Source: a virus (Duplodnaviria; Heunggongvirae; Uroviricota; Caudoviricetes). From it: DNA of 40,696 nt. Positions 28,619-39,374 of the stretch are shown here, piece by piece (the first letter of the stretch is position 1; every line of letters begins with the position of its first letter). The stretch lies in IMG/VR virus record IMGVR_UViG_2541047870_000003; one strand, 5' to 3'. The notes under the pieces are model-generated. The model did not search any database and had not been told where the DNA came from. It worked only from the letters and a program-made list of their open reading frames with translations. The position numbers and the translations under genes were made by a program.

Positions 28619-29383
28619 ATGAAACTGAAAACGGTCGAGATTAACGGAAAACAATACGCAGAAATTGATACTGCTGGCCTGCCAGTTTATGTGCACGACG
28701 ATGGTAAAGAAATTGGCTTCGATGCACCGCTGGCGACAAAAAAAATTACAGAGCTTAATGGCGAGGCAAAAAATCATCGCCTGGCTAAAGAAGCTGCAGA
28801 GGAAAAACTGGCTAAGTTTGCCGCTATCGAAGACCCGAAGAAGGCGATCGAGGCACTGGAAATGCTGTCAAAAATCGACCAGAAAAAGCTGCTCGATGCG
28901 GGACAGGTTGACCAGGTTAAGGCAGAAATTACGAAAAATTTTCAGCAGCAATTAGATGAAGAAAAGCAACGCTCTCAGATGCTGGAGACGCAGCTTTACG
29001 ATTCTATGATTGGCGGTAGTTTTGCGGGTTCAAAATATATTGCCGATAAAATTGCGATCCCGGCAGATTTATTACAAGCCCGCTTCGGGCAGGCATTCAA
29101 AGTGGAAGAAGGGAAGATCGTTGCTTATGACGCTTCCGGCAACAAAATTTATTCCCGCGCGAAGCCTGGCGAACTGGCGCAGTTTGATGAGGCGCTGGAG
29201 TTCCTCGTCGAAAATTACCCTCAGAAAGACTACATCCTGAAAGCCAGTGGCAACAATGGCGGCGGCTCCCGTCCGACACAGCATGATATTGGTCAGAAAA
29301 CGATGAAACGCTCTGCTTTTGATGCACTGGATATTGCAGGTAAGCAAAACGCATTGAAAGACGGTATCACAATTGTTGATTAA
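28619..29383 (+). CDS. Putative scaffolding protein, about 254 aa from MKLKTVEINGK
   Basis: Helical charged protein between head morphogenesis gene and major capsid gene; start chosen downstream of hairpin. Confidence 0.5.
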   Translation: MKLKTVEINGKQYAEIDTAGLPVYVHDDGKEIGFDAPLATKKITELNGEAKNHRLAKEAAEEKLAKFAAIEDPKKAIEALEMLSKIDQKKLLDAGQVDQVKAEITKNFQQQLDEEKQRSQMLETQLYDSMIGGSFAGSKYIADKIAIPADLLQARFGQAFKVEEGKIVAYDASGNKIYSRAKPGELAQFDEALEFLVENYPQKDYILKASGNNGGGSRPTQHDIGQKTMKRSAFDALDIAGKQNALKDGITIVD

Positions 29384-29481
29384 CACATTTGTCAGCTTCC
29401 GGATGGGAGCTGGTGTCAGGGCTGGATAGCTCATTACTCCATCTATTCACAATTACGCAAATTTTTAAGGAATATTTAATT

Positions 29482-30621
29482 ATGGCTGGAAATACCCTGA
29501 CCGGGTTGATCCCGACTATTTATACCGCCCTGGATATTGTATCCCGTGAGCAGGTAGGTTTTATCCCTGCGGTAGCAAAAAACGCAAAAGCTGACGCCGC
29601 AGCAAAAGATCAGACGGTAACCGCGCCAGTTGCGCCTGAGGCGAAAACCGAAGATATCGTACCGGGGCCGTCAGCTCCGAATACCGGTGATCAAAATATT
29701 GGCACTGTTGATGTGAAAATTACTAAATCCAAAATGGCACCGGTTAAATGGAATGGTGAAGAACAACTGGCTCTTGGCCCTTCAGGGACTTACAACACCA
29801 TTCTTGCTGATCAGTTCAAGCAGGCTTTTCGCGCCCTTGCAAACGAGGTTGAGGCTGATCTTGGTGCGTTGTATTTCGGTGCTTCCCGCGCCGTGGGAAC
29901 CGCAGGGACAACGCCGTTTGGTGTTAAAGATGATCTTTCTGATGCTGCTCTGGCTCGTCAGGTTCTGGAGGATAACGGCGCACCGACAACCGATCTGCAG
30001 ATGGTGCTTGGCTCCACTGCCATTGCTAATTTGCGCGGAAAACAGTCTGTACTGTTTAAAGTGAATGAATCCGGCACTGAACAGCTACTGCGTGAGGGCG
30101 TGTTGGGGCGTCTGGAGGGATTCAATATTCACAGTTCGGCAGGTGTAAAACGAGCGCCAAAGGTTGCTGCAACTGGTTATCTCGTGAATGGCGAGAAAAA
30201 AGAAGGCGATGTTCTTATTTCCATTGATACTGGTTCGGGGAGTATTTCTGCAGGTCAGATTGTTACGTTCGCTGGCGATCCGAATCAGTATGTTGTGGCA
30301 GCAGCGACCAGCAATCTGATTACTCTTGCAGCGCCCGGACTGCGTCAGGATCTGGCCGATGATACTGCAATCACAGTTGTTGGCTCCTTTACTGCAAATA
30401 TGGCGTTTGATCGCAACGCGTTTCTGCTGGCATCCCGTACTCCGGCAATGCCGGAAGGTGGCGATAATGCTGATGATGTAATGAATGTTACGGACCCGAT
30501 TTCAGGGATTACGTTCCAGATTGCACTGTATCGTCAGTATCGCCAGGTGCGCTATGAAGTTGGACTGGCATGGGGTGTTTCATCAGTGAAGCCGGCACAT
30601 GGTTGTCTGATTCTTGGTTAA
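29482..30621 (+). CDS. Major capsid protein, about 379 aa from MAGNTLTGLIPT
   Basis: In-frame ATG inside track ORF 29389-30621; position after scaffold; followed by terminator-like hairpin. Confidence 0.65.
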   Translation: MAGNTLTGLIPTIYTALDIVSREQVGFIPAVAKNAKADAAAKDQTVTAPVAPEAKTEDIVPGPSAPNTGDQNIGTVDVKITKSKMAPVKWNGEEQLALGPSGTYNTILADQFKQAFRALANEVEADLGALYFGASRAVGTAGTTPFGVKDDLSDAALARQVLEDNGAPTTDLQMVLGSTAIANLRGKQSVLFKVNESGTEQLLREGVLGRLEGFNIHSSAGVKRAPKVAATGYLVNGEKKEGDVLISIDTGSGSISAGQIVTFAGDPNQYVVAAATSNLITLAAPGLRQDLADDTAITVVGSFTANMAFDRNAFLLASRTPAMPEGGDNADDVMNVTDPISGITFQIALYRQYRQVRYEVGLAWGVSSVKPAHGCLILG

Positions 30622-30631
30622 ACATTCAAAC

Positions 30632-30651
30632 GGGGCTTCGGCCCCATTTTT
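30632..30651 (+). terminator. Terminator-like hairpin (GGGGC-ttcg-GCCCC followed by ATTTTTA) after capsid gene
   Basis: 5-bp GC stem, TTCG tetraloop, T-run. Confidence 0.45.
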
Positions 30652-30663
30652 AATGGAGGGCAT

Positions 30664-30840
30664 ATGGCCGGATTAACTAAAGAGCAAAGAGCACAGCGTG
30701 AAGCCGCACAAAAAACGCAAATTGAGTTAGTGGTTATGGTGACCGATTATCAGATGTTTCCCGGCGCACCAACTATCGCTAATGTTCATCCTGATGAAGT
30801 TGACAACTGGAAGGCTATGGGCTGGAAAACTCAGGAGTAA
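30664..30840 (+). CDS. Small hypothetical protein, 58 aa (MAGLTKEQRAQREAAQKTQIELVVMV...), not in ORF track
   Basis: Hand translation; GGAGGG upstream of ATG; fills the gap between capsid and connector genes. Confidence 0.45.
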   Translation: MAGLTKEQRAQREAAQKTQIELVVMVTDYQMFPGAPTIANVHPDEVDNWKAMGWKTQE

Positions 30841-30843
30841 CAC

Positions 30844-31239
30844 ATGATCACTTACGTGACCTGTGATGACGTTGATAATGCGTTTGGGAACGGCTGGACG
30901 AGTGAGAACGCTAAAAATAAAGCTGTTTTAATGGCTAATGCCTGGCTTAATGGCTTCAACCTGAAAATTAACCCATCCCGTATTCCGGAAGAGGTAAAAC
31001 TTGCGGGAGCATATGCAGCCAGAATTGCCTCATTCGGTAAGTTGTTTCAGCAGAAAAATGATTCTGGCGTTGTTATCAGTAAAGCCGTGTCGGCTGACGG
31101 GGTCAGTGTATCGAAATCATTTGCTGAGTTGCCAGCAAACAGCACTGCATTGCTTGAACCCGATTTACAGCTTGCGATAGCACTGCTGAAACCGTACGGA
31201 CTTAGTCGCTCACAAGTCAGGGTTGTGAGGGGGGGATAA
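30844..31239 (+). CDS. Head-tail connector / head completion protein (positional), 131 aa
   Basis: Position and size only. Confidence 0.45.
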   Translation: MITYVTCDDVDNAFGNGWTSENAKNKAVLMANAWLNGFNLKINPSRIPEEVKLAGAYAARIASFGKLFQQKNDSGVVISKAVSADGVSVSKSFAELPANSTALLEPDLQLAIALLKPYGLSRSQVRVVRGG

Positions 31240-31622
31240 TGGGGCTTCGTGAAGAGATTCAGTCAGAGGTTGCCGCTGCTTTTGATGAGGATTTAGCGGA
31301 CGCCGTGAGTGATTTTTCTGGTTCTTACGTTACGCACCGGCACTGGGATCCTGTGACGGAAACTGGTGGCGAATCCACCGCAATCTATACCGGGCGAGGC
31401 GTGTTGACACGTTATAAGCTGGGCAGAATTGATGGGATTAATATTTTGCATGGTGACCTTAAATTAACCGCTCTGGTATGCGAGGTTACGGATAAACCCG
31501 CTGTCGACCATATTATTGAGATTTATGATCCTGTATTAAGGCAGTTACAACGATACGAGGTAATTACAGCGAGTGTAGATCCTTCCGCATCAGTTTACTC
31601 TATCCAGTTAAGGAGAGCGTAA
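31239..31622 (+). CDS. Head-tail joining protein (positional), 127 aa
   Basis: ATGG start overlap with upstream gene; position only. Confidence 0.4.
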   Translation: MGLREEIQSEVAAAFDEDLADAVSDFSGSYVTHRHWDPVTETGGESTAIYTGRGVLTRYKLGRIDGINILHGDLKLTALVCEVTDKPAVDHIIEIYDPVLRQLQRYEVITASVDPSASVYSIQLRRA

Positions 31623-32003
31623 ATGGCAAAGGCATGGGATATAGAACCGTCAATATTTGCCGGGATGATTGAGGAAGATGTAGGGCTGAAGATTCGCTAC
31701 ATCGCTATGCAGATTCTTACTGCTATTGATATTGCTGCTCCGGTTGATACCGGACGTTTCAGAAATAACAACCTGGTGTCGTTACAGCATCCCGATTTTG
31801 GTATATCTGATAACGTGGATCCGAACGGTACGATTGCTGTTCAGCGTGGGATCGGGGTTATTTCGAAAGCTGCAAATTACGGGGTTATTTATATCCAGAA
31901 TAACCTTCCTTATGCAGAGGCTCTTGAAAACGGTCATTCACAACAAGCGCCAACTGGCGTGTATGCCAACGCTTTTCATGGTGTTTTACAGGCTTACAAA
32001 TGA
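31623..32003 (+). CDS. Tail component / neck protein (positional), 126 aa
   Basis: Position only. Confidence 0.4.
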   Translation: MAKAWDIEPSIFAGMIEEDVGLKIRYIAMQILTAIDIAAPVDTGRFRNNNLVSLQHPDFGISDNVDPNGTIAVQRGIGVISKAANYGVIYIQNNLPYAEALENGHSQQAPTGVYANAFHGVLQAYK

Positions 32004-32392
32004 CGTTTACTGAAATCAGAAATACGGTTATTTCCAGAATGACGGCACAGACGATTATTGATGGAAAAGACGTATTGTATCCGAACGGGCCAACGTTCGA
32101 TCCTTCCGGTAAGTTAATCTGGGCGCGGTTAAGTAATATTCCCGGGCAGGCTGGAGTTAATGAAATTGGCGCGGGGCCGGTTGTTTATCGCACGGGGATA
32201 ATCATTATTCAGTTATTTGTCCCCGCAGGTTCTGGTTCAAAACTCATTACTGAGACAGCCGATAAATTGCGGGAACTGTTTGAGTTTCAGGATGACGATC
32301 GTCTCAGTTACCAGGCTGTTTCCTCAATAGCCGTCGGCGAAAAGAATGGCTGGTTCCAGCTTAATCTTCAAATTCCATATCGCGCGCTCTAG
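32000..32392 (+). CDS. Tail completion / terminator protein (positional), 130 aa
   Basis: 4-nt overlap with upstream gene; position only. Confidence 0.4.
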   Translation: MTFTEIRNTVISRMTAQTIIDGKDVLYPNGPTFDPSGKLIWARLSNIPGQAGVNEIGAGPVVYRTGIIIIQLFVPAGSGSKLITETADKLRELFEFQDDDRLSYQAVSSIAVGEKNGWFQLNLQIPYRAL

Positions 32393-32418
32393 CGCAATTA
32401 ATGACATAGGAGGCTCCT

Positions 32419-33381
32419 GTGAGTTCAGGTGCAAAGGTTATCTCGGCATTTATCCGGGAGACGGTTGCAGGCACTACGCCAGCAAGTGGTGACTGGAGTT
32501 TATTAAAACGCACAAGCTGGGGAGTAAAACCCACCCAGAATAAAGGCGAAAATAATGAGATTGGTGGCTCCCGGATGGCTCAGGGGGCGACGCCTGGCAC
32601 TGTGGATGTCGGCGGTGATGTTGGTACCAAATTTCGCTGGGGTCAACATGATGATTTTCTTGCATCCTGTTTCGGCGCGGAATGGTCAGGCGATTCTCTG
32701 ACAATGGGGAATGAGCGAATAACATTTTCTCTGGCGACCTATGCGTCCGATGTCGGAATTGCCTCTGTCGTCAGAGGAGCGCAGGTTGGCTCATGGAAAA
32801 TGCAGATCCCTAACGACGGCGATATTACAGCGACCGTAACCTTTGCCGGACTGGACTGGGAATCAAAGGCCGATGATACGAATTTTATCAAAGGCGAACC
32901 TGTGGATAGTGCAGGAAAGCTACGTTATTCGTTTAAGGAGGTTTCAGCAGTAAGCCTGAATGGTGTTGCCGGAGGTAACGGTTTTTGTATCGACAGTTTT
33001 GATATTCAGTTCGATAACAAACTCCAGACACAGCGTTGTATCGGGACTGGCTCGCCTTATGCAGGAGCAAATATTCCGACTACTTTTACACCGTCCGGTA
33101 CGGTGACGCTTTCATGGTCTAAAGCCGCGTGGGAAATCTGGAGTAAAACACTGACTGGAGAAACAGTTCCGTTCAGCTTCACGCTTTCGAATGGAGAGGG
33201 GGCATACACTTTCAGTTTCCCGAAGGTTCAGGTGTCAGGTGAATGGCCTGATGGGGGTAATAGCGACATTATCCAGGTTCAATTGAGCATTACCGCAGCA
33301 GATGAAGCACCTACGATAACCAGAAAAAAATGCTCCCCAACTGCCGTGATCGCAAAAGCCAGTGCTGATGCGATTAGTTGA
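32419..33381 (+). CDS. Major tail tube protein (positional), 320 aa
   Basis: Gly/Thr/Ser-rich protein directly upstream of chaperone pair and tape measure; followed by 8-bp hairpin CCCCCTGT/ACAGGGGG at 33395-33421. Confidence 0.55.
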   Translation: MSSGAKVISAFIRETVAGTTPASGDWSLLKRTSWGVKPTQNKGENNEIGGSRMAQGATPGTVDVGGDVGTKFRWGQHDDFLASCFGAEWSGDSLTMGNERITFSLATYASDVGIASVVRGAQVGSWKMQIPNDGDITATVTFAGLDWESKADDTNFIKGEPVDSAGKLRYSFKEVSAVSLNGVAGGNGFCIDSFDIQFDNKLQTQRCIGTGSPYAGANIPTTFTPSGTVTLSWSKAAWEIWSKTLTGETVPFSFTLSNGEGAYTFSFPKVQVSGEWPDGGNSDIIQVQLSITAADEAPTITRKKCSPTAVIAKASADAIS

Positions 33382-33429
33382 TTTTCCGTTATTCCCCCTG
33401 TGGTACTGCACTACAGGGGGACGCATTGA

Positions 33430-33891
33430 ATGAGGTTATGGATGTTTATTCTTAATCAGAAAATTATCATCGGTGGAGAACGCTGGTTTACGCCAATGAA
33501 GGACTTAAAACCTGTAGACGGGTTAAAACTGTTGGTGGCAAGCAGCGATAACGATCAGTATCGCTCCCGTAATGCATTAATCCGTCGTCACATTGAGAAA
33601 ATGGATGCCAGTTTGCACGTCGGAACGAAGGAGTTTGATATTTCAAAGGTTTCCGAGGTAGATTCTGTTGATGATTTACTCATTGATAATGCTGCTCGTT
33701 ATCTGCTGAAAGACTGGAAAGGGGTTGGTGAACTGGTTAATGGTGCTGAGGTTGCACTGGAATATACGCCAGAACGAGGGATCGCGCTGCTTAAGCAGAA
33801 TCCAGAGTTGTACTGGCAGATCCTTGCAGAAGCAGCCAGCATCGCCCAGGGTAAAGAGCAGCAGAAGCAGGATACGATAAAAAAGCCATAG
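33430..33891 (+). CDS. Tail assembly chaperone (lambda G analogue), 153 aa; ends just after slippery site A AAA AAG
   Basis: Position before tape measure; in-frame heptamer AAAAAAG at 33879-33885 three codons before the stop. Confidence 0.6.
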   Translation: MRLWMFILNQKIIIGGERWFTPMKDLKPVDGLKLLVASSDNDQYRSRNALIRRHIEKMDASLHVGTKEFDISKVSEVDSVDDLLIDNAARYLLKDWKGVGELVNGAEVALEYTPERGIALLKQNPELYWQILAEAASIAQGKEQQKQDTIKKP

Positions 33892-34199
33892 CCGCCCAGC
33901 GGTGGTTATCGGAGTTCGGGGGAGAAAGGGGGGAAAAGGCAAGATGGAAGCGAGAAAAACTCAGGTTGCCACCGATACCGGAACCAGAAATAGACCCGGT
34001 GCTTAAGGAATTGTTGTACGCCTATTCGGTAATATCCCGTGCCCGACGTTATGCTGGAATGACCGGGGTGCCTTTGCCTTTATCTCTGACAGAGATAAAT
34101 GAATATTTAGCCACTCATCCGGTATTGATTGAGCGCGATGAGTTTGAAGCAGTGATCTTTGCACTGGATGACCAGTATTTTCAGGATCAGTGTGTGTAG
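33885..34199 (+). CDS. -1 frame extension of the tail chaperone (lambda G-T analogue) by programmed frameshift
   Basis: The -1 frame is open from the slip site to 34199 (track ORF 33966-34199 is its 3' part). Confidence 0.55.
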   Translation, partial: AIAAQRWLSEFGGERGEKARWKREKLRLPPIPEPEIDPVLKELLYAYSVISRARRYAGMTGVPLPLSLTEINEYLATHPVLIERDEFEAVIFALDDQYFQDQCV

Positions 34200-34323
34200 T
34201 TGTTAATTACGTACACTCTGTTACAGAGATGTGATGGTGTCTTTAATTAAATCGATGATGCTCCTGGAGAAAAGCATTGCGTGGCCTCGTAATCGCTATA
34301 TCTACTATTATGTCGCCTGAAAC

Positions 34324-34346
34324 CCACTTCGGTGGGCTTTTTGTTG
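34324..34346 (+). terminator. Terminator-like hairpin (CCCAC-ttcg-GTGGG followed by CTTTTTGTTG) between chaperone and tape measure
   Basis: Seen directly. Confidence 0.4.
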
Positions 34347-34362
34347 TCTGGAGTTTTAATAA

Positions 34363-37300
34363 ATGGCAGAGCAAACCTCGCGTCTCGCAATAATTATTGA
34401 TAGCACTGGAGCAAAAAATAATGCTGACAATCTGACCTCCTCATTAGTCAAAATGACGCAGGCCGGGGAAACTGCTGCAAATAGCGCAGGGAAAGTGACT
34501 AAGGCAACAGAAGATGAGAAGAACGCGCTCGCAAAATTAAAAGCAGCTATTGATCCAGTTGGTGCCGCAATTGATACTGTCGGTCGACGCTATTCTGAAT
34601 TAAAGAAATTTTTCGATAAAGGGCTTATTGATAAAGAAGAATATGAATTTCTTGTCCGTAAACTTAATGAAACCACAGAGGAATTGAGCGGGGTTGCGCA
34701 AGCGCAGAGAGAAGCCGAGAAGGCCGGAAAACTTGCTGCCGCCCAGCAGGAAGCGCAGGCTCAGGCCTTTCAAAGAATGCTGGACAAGATCGACCCTCTG
34801 GCTGCGGCGCTAAGAAATCTTGAACAACAGCAGGATGAACTTAATGCTGCGTTTGCATCCGGGAAAATAAATGGTTCTCAGTTTGAGAATTATAGCCGAA
34901 AAATACAGGAAACACGGCGAGAGCTTACCGGAGAGGCTCAGGCAGAGCGAGAAGCAGCAAAAGCGCATGATGAACAGGTTGCTGCTTTGCAACGTCTGAT
35001 TGCTCAACTTGACCCTGTCGGAACTGCTTTTAATCGTCTGGTAGAACAACAGAAACAGCTCAATGAAGCAAAAGCTAAGGGGATGCTCTCTCCTGAAATG
35101 TATGAGGAACTTTCTGGAAAACTTCGTGCTATGCGGAGTGAGCTTGAGGTTACTCAATCTCAATTAAGCAAAACCGGAATGTCGGCAAAACAAACGGCTT
35201 TTGCTATGCGCATGTTGCCTGCACAAATGACGGATATTGTTGTTGGGTTGTCCACTGGTCAGTCGCCTTTTATGGTGTTAATGCAGCAGGGCGGCCAGCT
35301 AAAAGATATGTTCGGTGGGATTGGCCCGGCGATCAAAGGTGTTGGTTCTTATGTGCTGGGATTAATTAATCCTTTTACCCTGGCCGCAGCAGCCGTTGGC
35401 GTCTTAGGGCTGGCTTACTATAAAGGCTCTCAGGAGCAGGACGAATTTAATAAATCTCTTATTCTTACCGGAAATCAGTTGGGGACAACCAGCGGGCAAT
35501 TGGCCGATATAGCTCAACGTGCCGGGAATGCGGCTGATTCGACAACTGGCGCTGCGGCGGCAGTATTAAACCAGCTTGTGCGTTCGGGAAAGGTAGCGAG
35601 CAGTTCGCTGGAGCAAGTGACGACAGCGATAGTAAAAACGAGCGAAGTAACAGGAATATCAACCGAACAACTGGTTAATGACTTCAATGAAATTGCAAAG
35701 GATCCTGTCAGTGCCATATCAAAACTTAATGATCAGTACCATTTTCTGACAATTGCGACTTATAACCAGATTAAGGCGCTACAGGATGAAGGGAACCAGC
35801 AGGAGGCCGCCCGCATTGCGACAGAAGCATACTCATCCTCAATGATCCAGCGCACCAACCAGATTAAAGAAAATCTTGGTTATCTTGAGACTGCATGGAA
35901 AGCTGTCGCAGACTCCGCAAAATGGGCATGGGATTCCATGCTGGATATTGGCCGTGAGGCCTCCCTTGATCAAAAAATCTCAGATGTTCTCCGTCAAATT
36001 GATGAAATAGAAAAAAATACCCGACCCGGAGTTTTCGGGTTAGGTGGCATTGGAGATGGCGGAGCTCAAAATAAAAGGCTGGCACGATTAAAGCAGCAAT
36101 TGGGCGTACTTCAAGCAGAAAAAATTGCTCAGGACGTACTAAATTCATCAATAAACGATTACAACAAGCGACAACAGGAAGGAATTGAACTCAGACAGAG
36201 AGCAGATGCCTTTTCAAAACAATATCAGACCCGGGAGCAGCAGAGAGCTAGTGAACTTGCAAAACTGGAAAAACTAAAGAGTCAGTATTCAAAGGAAGAA
36301 TATAATAATCTTATCGCTCAAATAAATGAGCGTTATAAAGATCCAAAGCAACCAAAGGCGAAAGGTTATTCGGATGATGCTGCCCAACGAATGATTGATC
36401 ATCTGAATCAACAGAATGCGTTACTAAGTTCACAAACTGAATTAACCGTTAAATTAAGTTCCTCTGAACAGGAACTGGTTAAGTGGCGTCAGCAGATTGC
36501 CGACCTGGAGTCACGACCGTCATCGAAATTAACCAAGGATCAGAAATCGCTTCTCTTACACCGGGAAGAAATAACCGCGTTGATGGAGAAAAATGTTGCG
36601 ATTGAAAAAAATAACAGGCTAATCAAGGAATCCGCCGAAATAGCTGCATGGCGTGATTCATTGCAGGCTTCGATTGATAATCGTCAACAGGGGTATGATA
36701 TTCAGATTGCTGGTTATGGGGTTGGCGATAAAAATCAGCAACGCCAGCAGGAATTACTGCGGATTGAACGTGAATATAACAATCAGCGTCTGCAACTTGA
36801 ACGTGACTATGCAGATAAATCCCGTGGGATGTCAAATCATGTTTTTCAGGAGAAAATGCAGGCTCTGAATGATGCTCTGGAACGAGAAAAAGAAATTGTC
36901 AGACAGAAAAACGAGCAGCTCGATATTCAGGCAGGAGACTGGGTTAGTGGTGCCTCCCAGGGATTCAATAACTGGCTGGATGACACTAAGGATATCAGTG
37001 AGCAGATAAAATCAACCACGACTCAGATGTTTGATGGAATGACCGATGCGCTGGGTGATTTTGTCACGACAGGCAAGGCAAATTTTCGTTCTTTCGCTAC
37101 TTCCGTGATTTCGGATCTTAGTCGAATAGCATTAAAGGCTTCAATTACTCGGATTTTCGACAGCATTAGTAACAGTTCTTCGGGGGGGATTTTAGGAACT
37201 ATCGGGAGTGCTATTAGTAAATTTATTCCGAATGCAAAGGGCGGTGTTTATGAGTCTCCGTCATTGAACACGTATTCGAACGGTATTTATGATTCCCCGC

Positions 37301-37596
37301 AATTTTTTGCTTTTGCAAAAGGGGCTGGTGTTTTTGGTGAGGCTGGTCCGGAAGCCATTATGCCATTAACACGAACTTCCGATGGTTCTCTTGGTGTCAG
37401 AGCTATTAATAGTAAAAGTGGTAATGGAGGCGGAGATATTACCTATGCCCCTGTATACCAAATCACTATTCAAAATGACGGCCAGAATGGAGAGATTGGC
37501 CCTCAGGCAATAAAAGCACTTATGGGGATGGTTGATCAGCGGGTGCAGGGCAATCTGTTAAATATGCGACGTGATGGGGGAATGTTAAGTGGCTAA
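34363..37596 (+). CDS. H: Tail tape measure protein, 1077 aa
   Basis: Very long Ala/Gln/Glu-rich coiled-coil protein, then Gly-rich C-terminal region; position before M/L/K/I. Confidence 0.85.
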   Translation: MAEQTSRLAIIIDSTGAKNNADNLTSSLVKMTQAGETAANSAGKVTKATEDEKNALAKLKAAIDPVGAAIDTVGRRYSELKKFFDKGLIDKEEYEFLVRKLNETTEELSGVAQAQREAEKAGKLAAAQQEAQAQAFQRMLDKIDPLAAALRNLEQQQDELNAAFASGKINGSQFENYSRKIQETRRELTGEAQAEREAAKAHDEQVAALQRLIAQLDPVGTAFNRLVEQQKQLNEAKAKGMLSPEMYEELSGKLRAMRSELEVTQSQLSKTGMSAKQTAFAMRMLPAQMTDIVVGLSTGQSPFMVLMQQGGQLKDMFGGIGPAIKGVGSYVLGLINPFTLAAAAVGVLGLAYYKGSQEQDEFNKSLILTGNQLGTTSGQLADIAQRAGNAADSTTGAAAAVLNQLVRSGKVASSSLEQVTTAIVKTSEVTGISTEQLVNDFNEIAKDPVSAISKLNDQYHFLTIATYNQIKALQDEGNQQEAARIATEAYSSSMIQRTNQIKENLGYLETAWKAVADSAKWAWDSMLDIGREASLDQKISDVLRQIDEIEKNTRPGVFGLGGIGDGGAQNKRLARLKQQLGVLQAEKIAQDVLNSSINDYNKRQQEGIELRQRADAFSKQYQTREQQRASELAKLEKLKSQYSKEEYNNLIAQINERYKDPKQPKAKGYSDDAAQRMIDHLNQQNALLSSQTELTVKLSSSEQELVKWRQQIADLESRPSSKLTKDQKSLLLHREEITALMEKNVAIEKNNRLIKESAEIAAWRDSLQASIDNRQQGYDIQIAGYGVGDKNQQRQQELLRIEREYNNQRLQLERDYADKSRGMSNHVFQEKMQALNDALEREKEIVRQKNEQLDIQAGDWVSGASQGFNNWLDDTKDISEQIKSTTTQMFDGMTDALGDFVTTGKANFRSFATSVISDLSRIALKASITRIFDSISNSSSGGILGTIGSAISKFIPNAKGGVYESPSLNTYSNGIYDSPQFFAFAKGAGVFGEAGPEAIMPLTRTSDGSLGVRAINSKSGNGGGDITYAPVYQITIQNDGQNGEIGPQAIKALMGMVDQRVQGNLLNMRRDGGMLSG

Positions 37597-37927
37597 TACG
37601 GAAGAATTTCACTGGTTACCAGAGGATGGAATGAAAACAGAAAATAAACCATCGATAAAAACTGTAAGATTTGGCGATGGTTATGAGCAACGAAGTCCAA
37701 ATGGACTTAATCATTCTCTGCGCGTTTTCACCTGTGATTTCAAAGTTGAGGCGAATGAACGTGATTCATTTGAAAAATTTTTAGCCCGGCATGAAGGCTA
37801 TAAATCTTTTTTTTGGCGCCCGCCTGGTATTAACAGAAAAATCAGAGTGGTGTGTCGAACGTGGTCAGCGACAGAACATATCACCTATACCGATTTTTCG
37901 TGTCAGTTTGACGAAGTGGTGATCTGA
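37589..37927 (+). CDS. M: Minor tail protein M (lambda-like), 112 aa
   Basis: [12 protein letters not shown] and KSFFWRPP motifs resemble lambda M as I recall it. Confidence 0.8.
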   Translation: MANTEEFHWLPEDGMKTENKPSIKTVRFGDGYEQRSPNGLNHSLRVFTCDFKVEANERDSFEKFLARHEGYKSFFWRPPGINRKIRVVCRTWSATEHITYTDFSCQFDEVVI

Positions 37928-38625
37928 TGCAGGACATACAACAGGAAACGCTGAATGAATGCATTCGTGCGGAGCAGTCGGCCAGCGTGGTGCTCTGGGA
38001 AATCGACCTGACCGAGGTAGGCGGGGATCGCTACTTTTTCTGCAATGAGCAGAACGAGAAAGGAGAGTCTGTCACCTGGCAGAGTCGGCAGTATCAGGCC
38101 TATCCCATTCAGGGGAGTGGATTTGAGATGAACGGCAAAGGTGCCAGTGCAAGGCCAACGCTGAAAGTCTCTAATCTGCACGGCATGGTCACCGGGATGG
38201 CGGAAGACCTGCAGAGTCTGGTCGGCGGAACGGTGGTCAGGCGTAAGGTTTACGCCCGTTTTCTGGATGCGGTGAACTTCGTCAACGGAAACAGTGACGC
38301 CGATCCGGAGCAGGAGGTGATCAGCCGCTGGCGTATTGAGCAGTGCAGCGAACTGAGCGCGGTCAGTGCCTCCTTTGTACTGTCCACGCCGACGGAAACG
38401 GACGGCGCTGTTTTTCCGGGGCGCATCATGCTTGCTAATACCTGCACCTGGACCTATCGCGGTGATGAGTGCGGTTATCACGGTCCGGCGGTCGCGGATG
38501 AATATGACCAGCCGACATCCGAAATCACGAAGGATAAATGCAGCAAATGCCTGAGTGGCTGTAAGTTCCGCAATAATGTCGGCAACTTTGGCGGCTTCCT
38601 TTCCATTAACAAACTTTCGCAGTAA
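37927..38625 (+). CDS. L: Minor tail protein L (lambda-like), 232 aa
   Basis: Near-identical to lambda L as recalled (MQDI.QETLNEC...CSKCLSGCKFRNNVGNFGGFLSINKLSQ); same length. Confidence 0.9.
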   Translation: MQDIQQETLNECIRAEQSASVVLWEIDLTEVGGDRYFFCNEQNEKGESVTWQSRQYQAYPIQGSGFEMNGKGASARPTLKVSNLHGMVTGMAEDLQSLVGGTVVRRKVYARFLDAVNFVNGNSDADPEQEVISRWRIEQCSELSAVSASFVLSTPTETDGAVFPGRIMLANTCTWTYRGDECGYHGPAVADEYDQPTSEITKDKCSKCLSGCKFRNNVGNFGGFLSINKLSQ

Positions 38626-38630
38626 ATCCC

Positions 38631-39374
38631 ATGACAGAGACAGAATCAGCGATTCTGGCGCACGCCCGGCGATGTGCGCCAGCGGAGTCGTGCGGCTTCG
38701 TGGTGAGAACGCCGGAAGGGGAAAGATATTTTCCCTGCGTGAATATCTCCGGTGAGCCGGAGGCGTATTTCCGGATGGCTCCGGAGGACTGGCTGCGGGC
38801 AGAAATGCAGGGTGAGATTGTGGCGCTGGTCCACAGTCACCCCGGTGCTCTGCCCTGGCTGAGTGAGGCCGACCGGCGGCTGCAGGTGCAGAGTGATTTG
38901 CCGTGGTGGCTGGTCTGCCGGGGGGCGATTCACAAGTTCCGCTGTGTGCCACATCTTACCGGGCGGCGCTTTGAGCACGGGGTGACGGACTGTTACACGC
39001 TGTTCCGGGATGCTTACCATCTGGCGGGAATTGAGATGCCTGATTTTCATCGTGAGGATGACTGGTGGCGTCACGGTCAGAATCTCTATCTGGATAATAT
39101 GGAGGCAACGGGGCTGTATCAGGTGCCGTTGTCAGCGGCGCAGCCGGGCGATGTGCTGCTGTGCTGTTTTGGTTCATCGGTGCCGAATCATGCCGCTATT
39201 TACTGTGGTGACGGCGAGCTGCTGCACCATATTCCTGAACAACTGAGCAAACGAGAGAGGTATACCGACAAATGGCAGCGACGCACACACTCCCTCTGGC
39301 GTCACCGGGCATGGCACGTATCTGCCTTTACGGGGATTTGCAACGATTTGGCCGCCGCATCGACCTTCGTGTGA
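38631..39374 (+). CDS. K: Tail tip assembly protein K (JAB/MPN plus NlpC/P60-like), lambda-like
   Basis: HSHP JAMM-like motif and Cys/His peptidase-like C-terminal region; ORF end overlaps next gene by about 100 nt, so true stop/start boundaries are uncertain. Confidence 0.8.
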   Translation: MTETESAILAHARRCAPAESCGFVVRTPEGERYFPCVNISGEPEAYFRMAPEDWLRAEMQGEIVALVHSHPGALPWLSEADRRLQVQSDLPWWLVCRGAIHKFRCVPHLTGRRFEHGVTDCYTLFRDAYHLAGIEMPDFHREDDWWRHGQNLYLDNMEATGLYQVPLSAAQPGDVLLCCFGSSVPNHAAIYCGDGELLHHIPEQLSKRERYTDKWQRRTHSLWRHRAWHVSAFTGICNDLAAASTFV

